From positions 64,001 through 128,000 of the forward strand of contig CBDCQT010000007.1 of NCBI GenBank assembly GCA_965220745.1: a DNA stretch of 64,000 nucleotides. Direction: 5' to 3'. The notes beneath the pieces were generated by a model. The model was not told where the DNA came from and ran no database searches. It saw only the letters and a list, made by a program, of their open reading frames with translations. The stretch comes from Alphaproteobacteria bacterium (GTDB lineage: Bacteria > Pseudomonadota > Alphaproteobacteria > UBA828). Every line of letters begins with the position of its first letter. The stretch's first letter is position 1. Made by a program: the position numbers and the translations under genes. Shown one piece after another: positions 41,164-51,555 of the stretch.

Positions 41164-42066
41164 ATGCAGCGCATCAGCGACACGAAGCATTGGCTGCGTA
41201 CCGCGGCCACGATCTCCGAGGCGCTGCCCTACATGCGGCGTTTCGCAGGCCGCAGTGTGGTCATCAAGTATGGCGGCCACGCCATGGGCGATGCTGCGCT
41301 CGCCCAGAGCTTCGCGCGCGACGTGGTACTGCTGAAGCAGGTCGGAATCAACCCGGTGGTGGTCCACGGCGGCGGTCCCCAAATCGCCAAGATGCTTGCT
41401 CGCCTCGGCATCGAAAGCGACTTCGTCGACGGGTTGCGCGTCACCGATGCGGCGGCGATCGAGGTCGTCGAGATGGTGCTCGCCGGCTCCATCAACAAGC
41501 AGATCGTCACCACGATCAACGCGGAGGGCGGCACCGCGATCGGCCTCAGCGGCAAGGACGGCCGGCTCATCGAAGCGACGCCGCTCAAGCGGCGCACAAG
41601 GGATGTCGAGACCGGCGCCGAGCGCGTGGTGGACCTCGGCTTCGTCGGCGAGCCGGAGCGCGTCAATATCGGGCTGCTCGACCACCTGGGCGAGTCCGAC
41701 ATCATCCCGGTCATTGCGCCGATCGGCGTGGGCGCCGACGGTGAGACCTACAACATCAATGCTGATACCGCGGCCGGCGCCATTGCCTCCGCGCTCTCCG
41801 CCATCAAGCTGTTGCTGCTCACCGACGTTCCCGGTGTGCTCGACGGCGACGGCGCGCTCATCAGCCAGATGACCACCGGCGAGGCGCAGAAGATGCTCAC
41901 CGGTGGCGCGGTCAGCGGCGGCATGATTCCCAAGCTCGAAACCTGCCTCACGGCGATCGAGCGCTCGACCGGCGCCGCCCACATTCTGGACGGCCGCGTA
42001 CCGCACGTGATCCTGTTGGAGCTTTTCACCGAGCACGGCACCGGCACCATGATCGTGCCCGAGTAA
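41164..42066 (+). CDS. argB: acetylglutamate kinase
   Basis: [38 protein letters not shown]. Confidence 0.96.
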   Translation: MQRISDTKHWLRTAATISEALPYMRRFAGRSVVIKYGGHAMGDAALAQSFARDVVLLKQVGINPVVVHGGGPQIAKMLARLGIESDFVDGLRVTDAAAIEVVEMVLAGSINKQIVTTINAEGGTAIGLSGKDGRLIEATPLKRRTRDVETGAERVVDLGFVGEPERVNIGLLDHLGESDIIPVIAPIGVGADGETYNINADTAAGAIASALSAIKLLLLTDVPGVLDGDGALISQMTTGEAQKMLTGGAVSGGMIPKLETCLTAIERSTGAAHILDGRVPHVILLELFTEHGTGTMIVPE

Positions 42067-42068
42067 AA

Positions 42069-42091
42069 CGCGCCCGTCTCTGACGGACGCG
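42069..42091. terminator. hairpin between convergent argB and fumC
   Basis: CGCGCCCGTC-TCT-GACGGACGCG. Confidence 0.5.
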
Positions 42092-42093
42092 CT

Positions 42094-43500
42094 CTATGGC
42101 GTCGGGCCGGTCATCTTGGTGGGGTCGACCCAGCGCTCGAAGTCGGCGCCGCTCACCACGCCGAGGGCGAGCGCGGCCTCCTTCAGCGTCGTGCCCTCGG
42201 CATGGGCCTTCTTCGCCACCTTGGCGGCGTTGTCGTAGCCGATGTGGGGGTTGAGCGCGGTCACCAGCATCAGCGATTCGTGCAGCAGCTGGTCGATGCG
42301 CGCGCGGTTGGGCTCGATGCCCGCCACGCAATTGTCGGTGAAGCTGCGGGCGCCGTCGCCGATCAGGCGGATCGACTGCAGCAGGTTGTAGATCATCACC
42401 GGCTTGAACACGTTGAGCTCGAAGTGCCCGTTGGCGCCGCCCACCGATATGGCGACGTGGTTGCCCATGACCTGGGCCGCGACCATGGTGAGCGCCTCCG
42501 CCTGGGTCGGGTTGACCTTGCCCGGCATGATCGAGGAGCCGGGCTCGTTGGCGGGCAGCTCCAGCTCGCCCAGGCCGCAGCGGGGGCCCGACGCCAGCAG
42601 GCGGATGTCGTTCGCGATCTTCATCAGGCTGGCGGCGACGGTGTTGAGCGCGCCCGACATTTCGACCACCGCGTCGTTGGCGGCGATGGCCTCGAACTTG
42701 TTCTCGGCGGTGCGGAACGGGAGCCCGGTGAGCGCCGCGACCTCGGCCGCGAAGCGCGCGTCGAAGCCCGCCTTGGTGTTGAGCCCGGTACCGACGGCAG
42801 TGCCGCCCTGGGCCAGCGCGCAGAGCCTGGGCAGCGCCGCGCGCACGCGCTCGATGCCGTAGTCCACCTGCGTCGCATAGCCGGAGAACTCCTGGCCGAG
42901 GGTGAGCGGCGTCGCGTCCTGCAGGTGGGTCCGGCCGATCTTGACGATCTCGGCGAAGGCCTCCGACTTCGCCGCCAGCGCGCTCTGCAGATGCTTCAGC
43001 GCCGGCAGCAGCAGGTGATGGCACTGCTCCACGGCTGCGATATGCATCGCGGTCGGGAAGGTGTCGTTGGAGGACTGGCTCCGGTTGACGTGGTCGTTGG
43101 GATGGACCGGCGTCTTCTGGCCCATGGGCTGACCGAGCATCTCGCAGGCCCGGTTGGCGATCACCTCGTTGGCGTTCATGTTGCTCTGGGTGCCCGAGCC
43201 GGTCTGCCAGACCACCAGGGGGAAGTGATCGTCGAGCGAGCCTGCGATCACCTCGCCGGCGGCCTCGTCGATCGCAGCACCGAGGTCGGCATCGATCAGG
43301 CCGGCCTCGACGTTCACCCGCGCCGCCGCCTGCTTGACGATGCCGAGCGCGCGGATCAGCGGCGCCGGCATGCGCTCGCCGCCGATCCTGAAGTTCTGCA
43401 GGCTGCGCTGGGTCTGAGCGCCCCAGTAGGCGTCGGCCGGCACGTCGATCGCGCCGATCGAGTCCGTCTCGCGCCGGGTTTCCGCCGATGTGTCGGTCAT
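42094..43500 (-). CDS. fumC: fumarate hydratase class II
   Basis: [40 protein letters not shown]. Confidence 0.97.
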   Translation of the reverse strand: MTDTSAETRRETDSIGAIDVPADAYWGAQTQRSLQNFRIGGERMPAPLIRALGIVKQAAARVNVEAGLIDADLGAAIDEAAGEVIAGSLDDHFPLVVWQTGSGTQSNMNANEVIANRACEMLGQPMGQKTPVHPNDHVNRSQSSNDTFPTAMHIAAVEQCHHLLLPALKHLQSALAAKSEAFAEIVKIGRTHLQDATPLTLGQEFSGYATQVDYGIERVRAALPRLCALAQGGTAVGTGLNTKAGFDARFAAEVAALTGLPFRTAENKFEAIAANDAVVEMSGALNTVAASLMKIANDIRLLASGPRCGLGELELPANEPGSSIMPGKVNPTQAEALTMVAAQVMGNHVAISVGGANGHFELNVFKPVMIYNLLQSIRLIGDGARSFTDNCVAGIEPNRARIDQLLHESLMLVTALNPHIGYDNAAKVAKKAHAEGTTLKEAALALGVVSGADFERWVDPTKMTGPTP

Positions 43501-43570
43501 GGCCGTGCCCTCTCCGGTTGCGGGCCTCCTTTACCACGCCGGCGGCCTGCGGCACCCGCCTTCGTATCGC

Positions 43571-45043
43571 TCAGGCGGCAAACTCCTCGGCGGATAGCGC
43601 GCCGGCGGTCTCCACGATCCGCGCCCAGGCCTTCTCGACATGGGTGCGGCGGGTCGCGGTCCCGCCCACCGCAAGGCGCAGCACGAGCCGGTCGTCGAGC
43701 CGGGTGTGGGTAAGGTAGAGCGCGCCGGATTCGTTGAGCCGGTTCATCAGGGCCTCGTTGAGGGCATCGCCCGCGCGGTGGCGGAAGCAGACCAGCCCGG
43801 CCGAGACCGGCGCGGCCAACTCGAACTCTTGGCTCAACTCCACCTGCGCGGCGAACCAGTCGGCCAGCGCGACGCAGTTCCGCACGTGGGCGCGCAGGCC
43901 CTCAGCGCCGTAGTGGCGGATCACGAACCAGAGCTTGAGCGCGCGGAAGCGCCGGCCGAGCGGTATCTGCCAGTCGCGGTAGTCGATCACCGCGCCCGAT
44001 TCCGTCGCGCGGTTGCGCAGGTATTCGGGCAGCACGCTCAGCGCCTCGATCAGCGCGGCCCGGTCCGCCACCCAGAAGCAGCTGCAATCGAAGTTGGTAA
44101 GCAGCCACTTGTGCGGGTTGAAGGTGTAGCTGTCGGCGTGCTCCAGCCCGTCGATCAGGCCCCGGTGCTCTGGGCAGATGGTGGCGCTGCCGGCGTGCGC
44201 GGCATCGACGTGGAGCCAGATGCCCTCGCGCCGGCAGAGCGCGCCGATGGTGCGGAGCGGGTCAACGGCGCCGGAGGAGGTCGTGCCCACGGTCGCGCAC
44301 ACCATCGCGGGCACGGCGCCCGCCGCGCGATCCGCGGCGATTGCGGCCTCCAGCGCGTCCACGCGCATGCCGTGGCGTTCGTCGGCATCGACGAGCCGCA
44401 GGTTGTCACGCCCCAGGCCCGCGATCTTCACTCCCTTCTCGATCGAGGAATGCGCGTGCCGGGAGGTGTAGACCGTGAGCCGCGGCCCCGCCGCGCCATC
44501 CGGTCCGCGGCCCGCGCCATGCTCGTTGACCGCACCGGCGCTCGCGCGCTCCCGCGCGGCGATGAGCGCGGTGAGCGTGCTGCTCGACGCGCTGTCCTGG
44601 ATCACGCCGCCGCCGGCCGCGCTCGACTTGAATCCCTCGGGCAAACCGAGCAGGTCGACCAGCCAATCGAGCACGTGGGTCTCGAGCTCGGTGCACGCCG
44701 GGCTCGTCGCCCAGAGCATGCCCTGCACCCCCAGCCCGGCCGCGAGAAGGTCGCCCAGGATCGAAGGGCCCGAGGCGTTGGCCGGGAAGTAGGCGTAGAA
44801 GTTGGGCGACTGCCAGTGGGTGAGGCCGGGAAGGATAATCTCGTCGATATCACGCAGCAGGTCGGCGAAGGGCTCGCCCTGCTCGGGCGCAGCGTGCGGC
44901 AGGCGCGCACGGACCGATCCCGGCTCCGCTTGCGAGAGCACGGGATACTGCTCCACTTCCTCCATGTAGCGGGCGATGCGCTCGATGAGCGCGGCGCCGC
45001 ATCGGCGGAACTCGTCAGGCGTCATGTGCCGGGATTCATCCAT
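43571..45043 (-). CDS. PLP-dependent group II decarboxylase (aromatic-L-amino-acid decarboxylase-like)
   Basis: THWQSPNFYAYFP, SPACTELE, HVDAA, FNPHKW (PLP lysine), DWQIPLGRRFRALKLWF. Confidence 0.9.
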   Translation of the reverse strand: MDESRHMTPDEFRRCGAALIERIARYMEEVEQYPVLSQAEPGSVRARLPHAAPEQGEPFADLLRDIDEIILPGLTHWQSPNFYAYFPANASGPSILGDLLAAGLGVQGMLWATSPACTELETHVLDWLVDLLGLPEGFKSSAAGGGVIQDSASSSTLTALIAARERASAGAVNEHGAGRGPDGAAGPRLTVYTSRHAHSSIEKGVKIAGLGRDNLRLVDADERHGMRVDALEAAIAADRAAGAVPAMVCATVGTTSSGAVDPLRTIGALCRREGIWLHVDAAHAGSATICPEHRGLIDGLEHADSYTFNPHKWLLTNFDCSCFWVADRAALIEALSVLPEYLRNRATESGAVIDYRDWQIPLGRRFRALKLWFVIRHYGAEGLRAHVRNCVALADWFAAQVELSQEFELAAPVSAGLVCFRHRAGDALNEALMNRLNESGALYLTHTRLDDRLVLRLAVGGTATRRTHVEKAWARIVETAGALSAEEFAA

Positions 45044-45251
45044 CGGGAAGCCCTTCGCGTTGAGCGTCGCGGGCACGAGGCCGCTGCGGGATAACGATGA
45101 CGTAGTGGCGCGGGGCTCGCAGTGCAATCGGCCATCGGCCGGGGTCACGCCCACGTGAACCCCGTCGACACCCGGTGTGCCGAAGAGTTTGGCGCGTGCC
45201 CGCCGCCGCCCTATCCTCGCGCCGTCATCCCCGCGAGCCCAGGAGCCTGCC

Positions 45252-46025
45252 ATGGCGAGCGACACCCCACAGGCCGTGATGGTCACCGGCGCAGGCCGCA
45301 GCATCGGCCGCGCAGTGGCCGAGCGCTTCCACGCCGCCGGCGCCCGCGTCCACATCTGCTGCCTGACCGACGAGAGCCTCGCGGACGTGCTCGGCGCCAA
45401 TCCCGGCATGTCCGGCAGCATCGCCGACGTGGGCTCGGCGGAGGCGGTCGCACGCTGGTTCGAGGAGGGACTCGCGGCCCTCGGCCGGCTCGACGTGCTG
45501 GTGAACAACGCCGGCATCAGCGGCCCGCGCGCGCCGGTGGAGGAGATCGGGGACGACGAGTGGCAGCGGGTGATCGACGTCAACCTCAACAGCATGTTCC
45601 ACTGCATCAAGCGGGCCGTGCCGGTGATGAAGGCGCAAGGCTCGGGCGCGATCATCAACATCTCCACCGCGTCCACCCGTGTGGGGATGCCGCTCAGGAC
45701 CTCCTACATCACCACCAAGTGCGCGGTGGATGGCATGACCATGAACCTCGCGCGCGAGCTCGGCCCTTCCGGCATCCGCTGTAACGCCATCCTACCCGGC
45801 ATCATCGACAACCCACGCGGGCGGCGCCTCATCACGCACCTCGCCAAGGAGCGGGGGCAGACGGTCGAGGAGGCGCACGAGCGCTACGTGAGCTTCATCT
45901 CCACGCGCGCGCTGATCACCAGCGAGGAGGTCGCAGACGCCGCGTTCTTCCTCGCGCAGGATTCGGCGCGCAATATCACCGGGCAGTTGATCGGGGTTTG
46001 CGGCAACCTGGAATGGGAGGAGTAA
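45252..46025 (+). CDS. short-chain dehydrogenase/reductase
   Basis: TGAGRSIG, NNAGI, YITTK. AGGAG RBS. Confidence 0.88.
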   Translation: MASDTPQAVMVTGAGRSIGRAVAERFHAAGARVHICCLTDESLADVLGANPGMSGSIADVGSAEAVARWFEEGLAALGRLDVLVNNAGISGPRAPVEEIGDDEWQRVIDVNLNSMFHCIKRAVPVMKAQGSGAIINISTASTRVGMPLRTSYITTKCAVDGMTMNLARELGPSGIRCNAILPGIIDNPRGRRLITHLAKERGQTVEEAHERYVSFISTRALITSEEVADAAFFLAQDSARNITGQLIGVCGNLEWEE

Positions 46026-46628
46026 CTACTTCTTGCGGAAGTGGTCGAGCGCAACGACTTTCTCGCCGTTCGACCCTGGCGCGTCCGTATCTTCTTCCGC
46101 TTCCGCCTCTGGCGGGGCCTTTTCCCCACCCGCGGCTGGTACCGACCCTGTTGCGCGCGCTTCCGGCTCAGCCTTCTTTCCGCGGGCCTTCCGCTTCGCT
46201 GGTTTTTCGCTCGCCTCGGGCGCGGACATCTCTCCGCGTACCTCCGGCGCGGTCATTTCTCCGCGCGCCTCTGGCGCGACCCCAAACTGCAAACCGAACT
46301 TGACCGACGGGTCGGCATAGCTGGTGAGCGCCGCGAAGGGGACGACGATGCGCTGGCCCACCTTGTTGAAGCTCAGCGTCACGGAGAAGGAATCGTCCTC
46401 GACCTCCAGGCCCCAGAACTGGTGCTGAAGCACGATCGTGAGTTCGTCCGGGTAGCGCGTGTGCAGGAAATCCGGCACCTCGACACCAGGAGCTGCGGTC
46501 TTGAAGGTAATGTAGGCGTGGTGGGTGCCGGGCCAGCCCTCCTCTGCCACGCGGCGGAGGGCCTCGCGAACCACCGAGCGCAGGCCGTTCTCGACCAGCG
46601 TGTTGTAACCGATGAGGTCCTTGCTCAT
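46026..46628 (-). CDS. sspB: ClpXP adaptor SspB (alphaproteobacterial type)
   Basis: YITFKT..PGV, YPDELTIVLQHQFW, DPSVKFGLQF, C-terminal VVALDHFRKK ClpX-binding tail; lies next to ssrA. Confidence 0.92.
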   Translation of the reverse strand: MSKDLIGYNTLVENGLRSVVREALRRVAEEGWPGTHHAYITFKTAAPGVEVPDFLHTRYPDELTIVLQHQFWGLEVEDDSFSVTLSFNKVGQRIVVPFAALTSYADPSVKFGLQFGVAPEARGEMTAPEVRGEMSAPEASEKPAKRKARGKKAEPEARATGSVPAAGGEKAPPEAEAEEDTDAPGSNGEKVVALDHFRKK

Positions 46629-46821
46629 TGCCGCGTCCGTGTCCGCCCGCTCAACCGGGGCTGCCGTTGCCCGATGCCCCCAAACCACGCTGGTTCGCCG
46701 CCACCGGTTAGCTTAGCCCGGATGCCTCGTCACGGTCACGGTCTGCGTCGCGCGAGACGCGCGCGAAGCTTCTCGTTCGCAGGGGTGCCCGGTGATTTAT
46801 GGTCCCGGTCGGAACGCCGGG

Positions 46822-47105
46822 TCAGCGGGGGGCTTCTGTTGCCCGGCGCCCCCCAAGCCGCGCTTACCTAGCGATGCTAAGCAGCGAGTGCGACTTCGTT
46901 GTCGTTCGCACCTCTGAGTTGGCCCGATAACGGCGGTACCATGCCGGGCGAAAGCCACACCTTTACCACGCACGTCGATCCTGGTTCGCCCCCATAACGC
47001 GGGCCGCCGGCCCAAGGAGTGGTGGAGGCGCCGGGTACTGCCCCCGGGTCCGCAACGCTTATTTCGAGCAGCGTTTATCGCCATAGTCGACGGTCGCCCG
47101 CCGAC
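46822..47105 (-). ncRNA. ssrA: two-piece (circularly permuted) tmRNA
   Basis: The acceptor piece ends ...CCCGGCGCCTCCACCA at 47020; intervening segment 46994-47019; the coding piece starts GGGGGCGAA at 46993; tag ANDNEVALAA* at 46909-46877. Outer ends are approximate. Confidence 0.93.
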
Positions 47106-47238
47106 CTCCACAATATAGGTGCTCTCGGCGCGTATGGGAAGACGTAGCGGTGCCTCTGCCTGTCCACTCGGTCGCGGGAGCGGGGTATGATCGCAGCACG
47201 ACCCTCTGACAAGACTCACCGGAGACCGTCCCTCGCCC

Positions 47239-48282
47239 ATGCCGATCGACGACCACAAGCGGGCGGAGATCGAGGCCCAGCGCGCCGCCTGGGAGAAGAC
47301 CAGGCGTGCCACGGTGCCGGCGCTGGAGTCGATCCTCTACGAGCGCTTCGACGTGCTCGACCACGGCTTCGTCCGGGTGATCGACTACATGGGGGACGAT
47401 GCCGCCATCGTGCAGGCGGCGCGGGTCTCCTACGGCGCGGGCACGCGGCGCGTGCGGGAGGACCGCGCGCTGATCCGCTACCTCCTGCGCCATCGTCACA
47501 CGACCCCCTTCGAGATGTGCGAGCTCAAGCTGCACATCAAGGCGCCGATCTTCGTCGCCCGCCAGTGGCTCCGCCACCGCACCGCCAGCGTCAACGAGTA
47601 TTCCGCGCGCTACTCCAGGCTCGACCGCGAATTCTACGTGCCCGACCCAGCGCATCTCCAGTCTGTCCGGGAAGAGCAGATCGACCGCCAGCGGGCCAGC
47701 AGCAGCGGCATGGACGACCTGTTCGGGTGGCGGGAGGCGGCAGAGACTCGTCAGGAGCTGGCCGCGCAGTCCGCCGCCAACATGCAGGGCCGGGACGACG
47801 ATTTGGCGGACGCGGAGGCCCGCCAGGCGCTCTCGCGCCTCGACTGGATCTCAACCCGTGCCTACGGCGTCTACGAGAACCTGCTCAACGAGAACGAGGA
47901 CGGCGAGAAGAAGGACCCCGACCGCGCCGGACTTGCCCGCGAGCTCGCGCGGGCGGCGCTGCCGGTCAACTACTACACCCAGTTCTATTGGAAGATTGAC
48001 CTGCACAACCTGCTGCACTTCCTGTCGCTGCGGGCCGACGCCCACGCCCAGTACGAGATCCGCGCCTATGCCGAGGTGATCCTCGACAAGGTCGTCGCGC
48101 GCTGGGTGCCGGCGACCTACGAGGCTTTTCGGGACTATGGGATGGATGCCGCATCGCTCTCGAGAGGCGGGCTCGATGTGGTCAAGCGCATGCTGGCAGG
48201 CGAGGTGGTCGATCAGGAGAACAGCGGCCTTTCCAAGCGCGAGTGGCGCGAGCTTATGGCGGTGCTGGGGCGGGAGCCCTAG
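47239..48282 (+). CDS. thyX: FAD-dependent thymidylate synthase
   Basis: [49 protein letters not shown]. Confidence 0.95.
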   Translation: MPIDDHKRAEIEAQRAAWEKTRRATVPALESILYERFDVLDHGFVRVIDYMGDDAAIVQAARVSYGAGTRRVREDRALIRYLLRHRHTTPFEMCELKLHIKAPIFVARQWLRHRTASVNEYSARYSRLDREFYVPDPAHLQSVREEQIDRQRASSSGMDDLFGWREAAETRQELAAQSAANMQGRDDDLADAEARQALSRLDWISTRAYGVYENLLNENEDGEKKDPDRAGLARELARAALPVNYYTQFYWKIDLHNLLHFLSLRADAHAQYEIRAYAEVILDKVVARWVPATYEAFRDYGMDAASLSRGGLDVVKRMLAGEVVDQENSGLSKREWRELMAVLGREP

Positions 48283-48312
48283 AGCGTTTCCGCTTCGCAC
48301 GGAAACGCTCTA
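48280..48312. terminator. 13-bp perfect hairpin at the thyX stop
   Basis: TAGAGCGTTTCCG-CTTCGCA-CGGAAACGCTCTA, between convergent genes. Confidence 0.6.
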
Positions 48313-48424
48313 CCTATTTATCGCTCACGGAAGCCGGCCTGCGGCCGGCGCCTCCGCGAGGGCGCCGCAGGGGCGGCGGGCCGCAGTCGCGGCCTGTCGC
48401 GCGTCCGTCAAAGACGGACACGCC

Positions 48425-49111
48425 CTAGCTACAGAGGGGCCACACCTCCCACCAGGAATCGCAGCGGAACTCCGACTCGCAGCGCTTGAGTTGCGCTTCG
48501 TAGCGGCTGGCGGTCTCGGCCACCCGCTTCGCGATTTGTTGCAGCTTGGGCTTGTCTTTCCAGGTGCCGCGCCGGTAGCCGCCGCGCCCCTCGTGATAGG
48601 CGAGATAGAGGTTGCGTGCGTCGGTCTTGGCGATGCCGAGTTCCCGCGACGTCGCGTGGTTGTACCAGCCGATGAAATCTAGGGCGTCTTCCATGTCCGA
48701 ACGGCTGCGCCAGAAGGAGCCGCGCTCGTTCGTGTAGTCCTCCCAAGCCGGGTCCTGCGCCTGGGCGTACCCCTTGGCCGACGACACGCGCCCCCACGGG
48801 ATGAACCAGAGGACGTACTTGCGTGGCGGCCGTGCATCGCTCCGGTAGCTCGATTCGTGATGCACGAAGGCCATGAGAATGTGAGCCGGCACGTCCCACG
48901 TGTCCTCCGCTTCCTTGGCGTAGTCGTACCAGTCGGGATGCTGGTGGAAGACGGCGCAGAGGTCCTGCTGTCGGTCCGGAACCGAAGGCGTGCATCCGGC
49001 CGCCACCAGCGCTGCCAGAAGCAGAGCGACAATGCCGGCGCCGATCCAACGTCGCCGGCCCGAACGGGCCGCTAGTCTTGAGAGAACGCCGTCCGACCGC
49101 CTGTTCGTCAT
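48425..49111 (-). CDS. transglycosylase SLT-like lipoprotein
   Basis: Lipobox-like AAGC, HHESSY, SSAKGYAQA, LYLAYHEG. Confidence 0.82.
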   Translation of the reverse strand: MTNRRSDGVLSRLAARSGRRRWIGAGIVALLLAALVAAGCTPSVPDRQQDLCAVFHQHPDWYDYAKEAEDTWDVPAHILMAFVHHESSYRSDARPPRKYVLWFIPWGRVSSAKGYAQAQDPAWEDYTNERGSFWRSRSDMEDALDFIGWYNHATSRELGIAKTDARNLYLAYHEGRGGYRRGTWKDKPKLQQIAKRVAETASRYEAQLKRCESEFRCDSWWEVWPLCS

Positions 49112-49123
49112 CGGCGGGTGCGC

Positions 49124-50287
49124 TCACATCATGACGATGCGGGGCTGGGCGCGGCCGGCGCCGCTCACCGCCGAGGTGGCCTTGTCGATCAGGCCGGCGG
49201 CGATCTGCCGATAGGCCTCGGCGTGGGGGCTCTCGGGCTGGGTGACCACGATCGGCCGGCCCGCATCGGACGTCGTCCGAATCGAGATGTCCAGCGGTAT
49301 CTCGCCCAGGAAGTCCACCCCGAGTCGGCGCGCGGTCTCGCGCGCACCGCCGTGATGAAAAAGTTCGGCCCGATGGCCGCACGCGGGGCACACGTAGTAG
49401 CTCATGTTCTCCACAACCCCGAAGATCGGCACGTTGACCTGCTGGAACATGTTGATGCCCCGCGTCACGTCGAGCAGCGCGATGTCCTGCGGGGTGGAGA
49501 CGATGACCGCGCCGGTGAGCGGCACCCGCTGCGCCATGGTGAGCTGCGCATCGCCGGTGCCGGGCGGCAGGTCGCAGAGCAGCACGTCGAGCTCGCCCCA
49601 ATCGACGTCCCGCATCATCTGCTCCAGCGCCTGCATCACCATGGGCCCGCGCCAGATCATGGCGGTATCCTCGGCAACCAGGAAGCCGATGGACATGCAC
49701 TTGATCCCGTAATTCGCCATGGGGCGGAGCGTGCGTTCGCCCACCATCTCGGGCTGGCCGCTCAGGTTGAGCATGCGCGGGATCGAAGGCCCGTAGATGT
49801 CGCAGTCGAGCAGACCGACTCGGACGTTCTGGGCGGCCATCGCGGTCGCGATGTTGACGGCGGTGGTCGACTTGCCGACTCCGCCCTTGCCGGATGCGAT
49901 GGCGATGACGCTCTTCACCCCTGGCAGGAGCTGATCGGCCTGCGGCGCCCGCGCCTGGGCCTGCCCGCCGTGGGCGTGACCGTGGCCGTGGCCATGCGAA
50001 TGACCGTGGCCCTGTCCCTGTGCCTGGCCGCCCGCCGGTCGCTCGGCGGTCAGCACGGCCGTCACCGAGAGCACGCCGGAGAGCCGCTCCACCGCAGTCT
50101 CGCAGGCCTTTCGCAGCGGCTCCTTCGCCGCGCCCTGGTCCGGATCGACCTCCAGCGCGAAGCCCACGTTGCCGTCTCTCACAACGACTCCGCTGATGAG
50201 GCCGCTCGCGACGACGTTCTGTCCGCTGTCCGGGTCCAGGACGTCAGCGAGCGCCGCCAGAACCTGATCCTTGGTGACCGACGCCAT
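49124..50287 (-). CDS. apbC: Mrp/ApbC (NBP35) iron-sulfur cluster carrier ATPase
   Basis: ASGKGGVGKST, DIYGPS, WRGPM, DLPPGTGD, ENMS..CPAC. Confidence 0.93.
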   Translation of the reverse strand: MASVTKDQVLAALADVLDPDSGQNVVASGLISGVVVRDGNVGFALEVDPDQGAAKEPLRKACETAVERLSGVLSVTAVLTAERPAGGQAQGQGHGHSHGHGHGHAHGGQAQARAPQADQLLPGVKSVIAIASGKGGVGKSTTAVNIATAMAAQNVRVGLLDCDIYGPSIPRMLNLSGQPEMVGERTLRPMANYGIKCMSIGFLVAEDTAMIWRGPMVMQALEQMMRDVDWGELDVLLCDLPPGTGDAQLTMAQRVPLTGAVIVSTPQDIALLDVTRGINMFQQVNVPIFGVVENMSYYVCPACGHRAELFHHGGARETARRLGVDFLGEIPLDISIRTTSDAGRPIVVTQPESPHAEAYRQIAAGLIDKATSAVSGAGRAQPRIVMM

Positions 50288-50418
50288 CGTTCCACTCCGA
50301 CCGGGGGGTCGCGGCAAGACGCGACAGCAGAAACGTGCGCGCGTCGTTGCGTGCCGCAACCGCATGACTTATAAGGCGCCCATGACGACATGCAAAGCCT
50401 TGGGAGAAAGGCTCACCC

Positions 50419-51552
50419 ATGCCCTGGTCTAGCCAAGGCGGCGGGGGCGGCTGGCAGAGCGGCGGCGGCAATAGCGGCCCGTGGGGGCGCTCGCCGGGCG
50501 GCGGCGGCCGGCGTGGTGGTGGGCAACCTCCACCGCCCGACCTCGAAGAGATGTTGCGGCGCGGCCAGGATCGCTTCCGCAGATGGATGCCTGGGCTACG
50601 CGGTAGCCGCGGGCTCATCCTGCTGCTCCTCGTCGCCATCGGCATCTGGCTGCTGACCGGGTTCTACCGGGTCGAGCCCGACGAGCAGGGCGTGGTGCTG
50701 CGCTGGGGCGAGTGGACCAAGACCACCCAGCCGGGCCTCAACTACCACCTGCCGTGGCCATTCGAGACGGTTATCTTGCCCAAGGTGACCAAGATCAACC
50801 GGGCCGAGATCGGCTACCGGACCCTGGTCGATTCCCAACGGGGGGCGTTCACGCGGCCGGTGCCCGACGAGAGCCTGATGCTGACCGGCGACGAGAACAT
50901 CATCGACGTGAAGTTCACCGCCTTCTGGCGCATCCGCGATGCCGGCCAGTTCCTGTTCAACATCCAGGCGCCGGAGCGCACGGTGAAGGACGCGGCCGAG
51001 AGCGCGATGCGCGAGGTGATCGGCAAGACCCGCCTGCAATCGGCGCTGGCCGAGGAACGCCTGCTGCTGGCACAGCAGACCCACCAGCTCACGCAGCAGG
51101 TCCTGGACTATTACGGCGCCGGCATCGAGATCACTCAGATCGAGCCGCAGGACATCGCGCCGCCGGAGGCTGTGATCGCGTCCTTCCGTGACGTGCAGGC
51201 GGCGCGCGCCGACCAGGAGCGGGCCAAGAACGAGGCCGAAGCCTACCGCAACGACATCATCCCGAGGGCGCGCGGCGCCGCTGAGCGCCTCGTGCAGGAG
51301 GGCACGGCCTACAAGGAGGAAGTCGTCGCCAGGGCCCAGGGTGAGGCGGCGCGCTTCCTCTCGGTCTACAGCGAATATGCGCAGAACATGGATGTCGTCC
51401 GCCGGCGCATGTATCTGGAGACGATGGAGGAGGTGCTCGGCGGAATCGACAAGATCATCATCGATTCTGCGGCGCAAGGTGGTAGCGGAGTCGTGCCCTA
51501 CCTGCCGCTACCCGAGCTTCAGCGCCGGCAGGGCACGGGGGACACGCAGTAG
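50419..51552 (+). CDS. hflK: FtsH modulator HflK
   Basis: MPWS..GG, PPDLEE, MLTGDENI, AESAMREVIG. Confidence 0.95.
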   Translation: MPWSSQGGGGGWQSGGGNSGPWGRSPGGGGRRGGGQPPPPDLEEMLRRGQDRFRRWMPGLRGSRGLILLLLVAIGIWLLTGFYRVEPDEQGVVLRWGEWTKTTQPGLNYHLPWPFETVILPKVTKINRAEIGYRTLVDSQRGAFTRPVPDESLMLTGDENIIDVKFTAFWRIRDAGQFLFNIQAPERTVKDAAESAMREVIGKTRLQSALAEERLLLAQQTHQLTQQVLDYYGAGIEITQIEPQDIAPPEAVIASFRDVQAARADQERAKNEAEAYRNDIIPRARGAAERLVQEGTAYKEEVVARAQGEAARFLSVYSEYAQNMDVVRRRMYLETMEEVLGGIDKIIIDSAAQGGSGVVPYLPLPELQRRQGTGDTQ

Positions 51553-51555
51553 ACC

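Noticed and set aside
43571-45676. 701-aa version of the decarboxylase ORF, and similar upstream extensions at 13778, 15505, 19440, 26660 and 55024
   Set aside because: The extensions overlap neighbouring genes or lack homology-like content; downstream starts fit the families and mostly have an RBS.
46212-46277. 27-bp repeats in sspB (APEARGEMT / APEVRGEMS / APEA)
   Set aside because: A real but ordinary expansion within SspB's disordered linker.
46629-47105. Island or prophage integrated at ssrA
   Set aside because: No integrase and no duplicated tmRNA end were found in the window.
47659-47760. ThyX insert as an intein or intron
   Set aside because: It is only ~34 codons, in frame, with no intein terminal residues (Cys/Ser...His-Asn) and no intron features.
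48280-48312. thyX hairpin as a second copy of the REP-like element or a MITE
   Set aside because: No similarity to the 30509-31922 repeat and only one copy in the window; a bidirectional terminator explains it.
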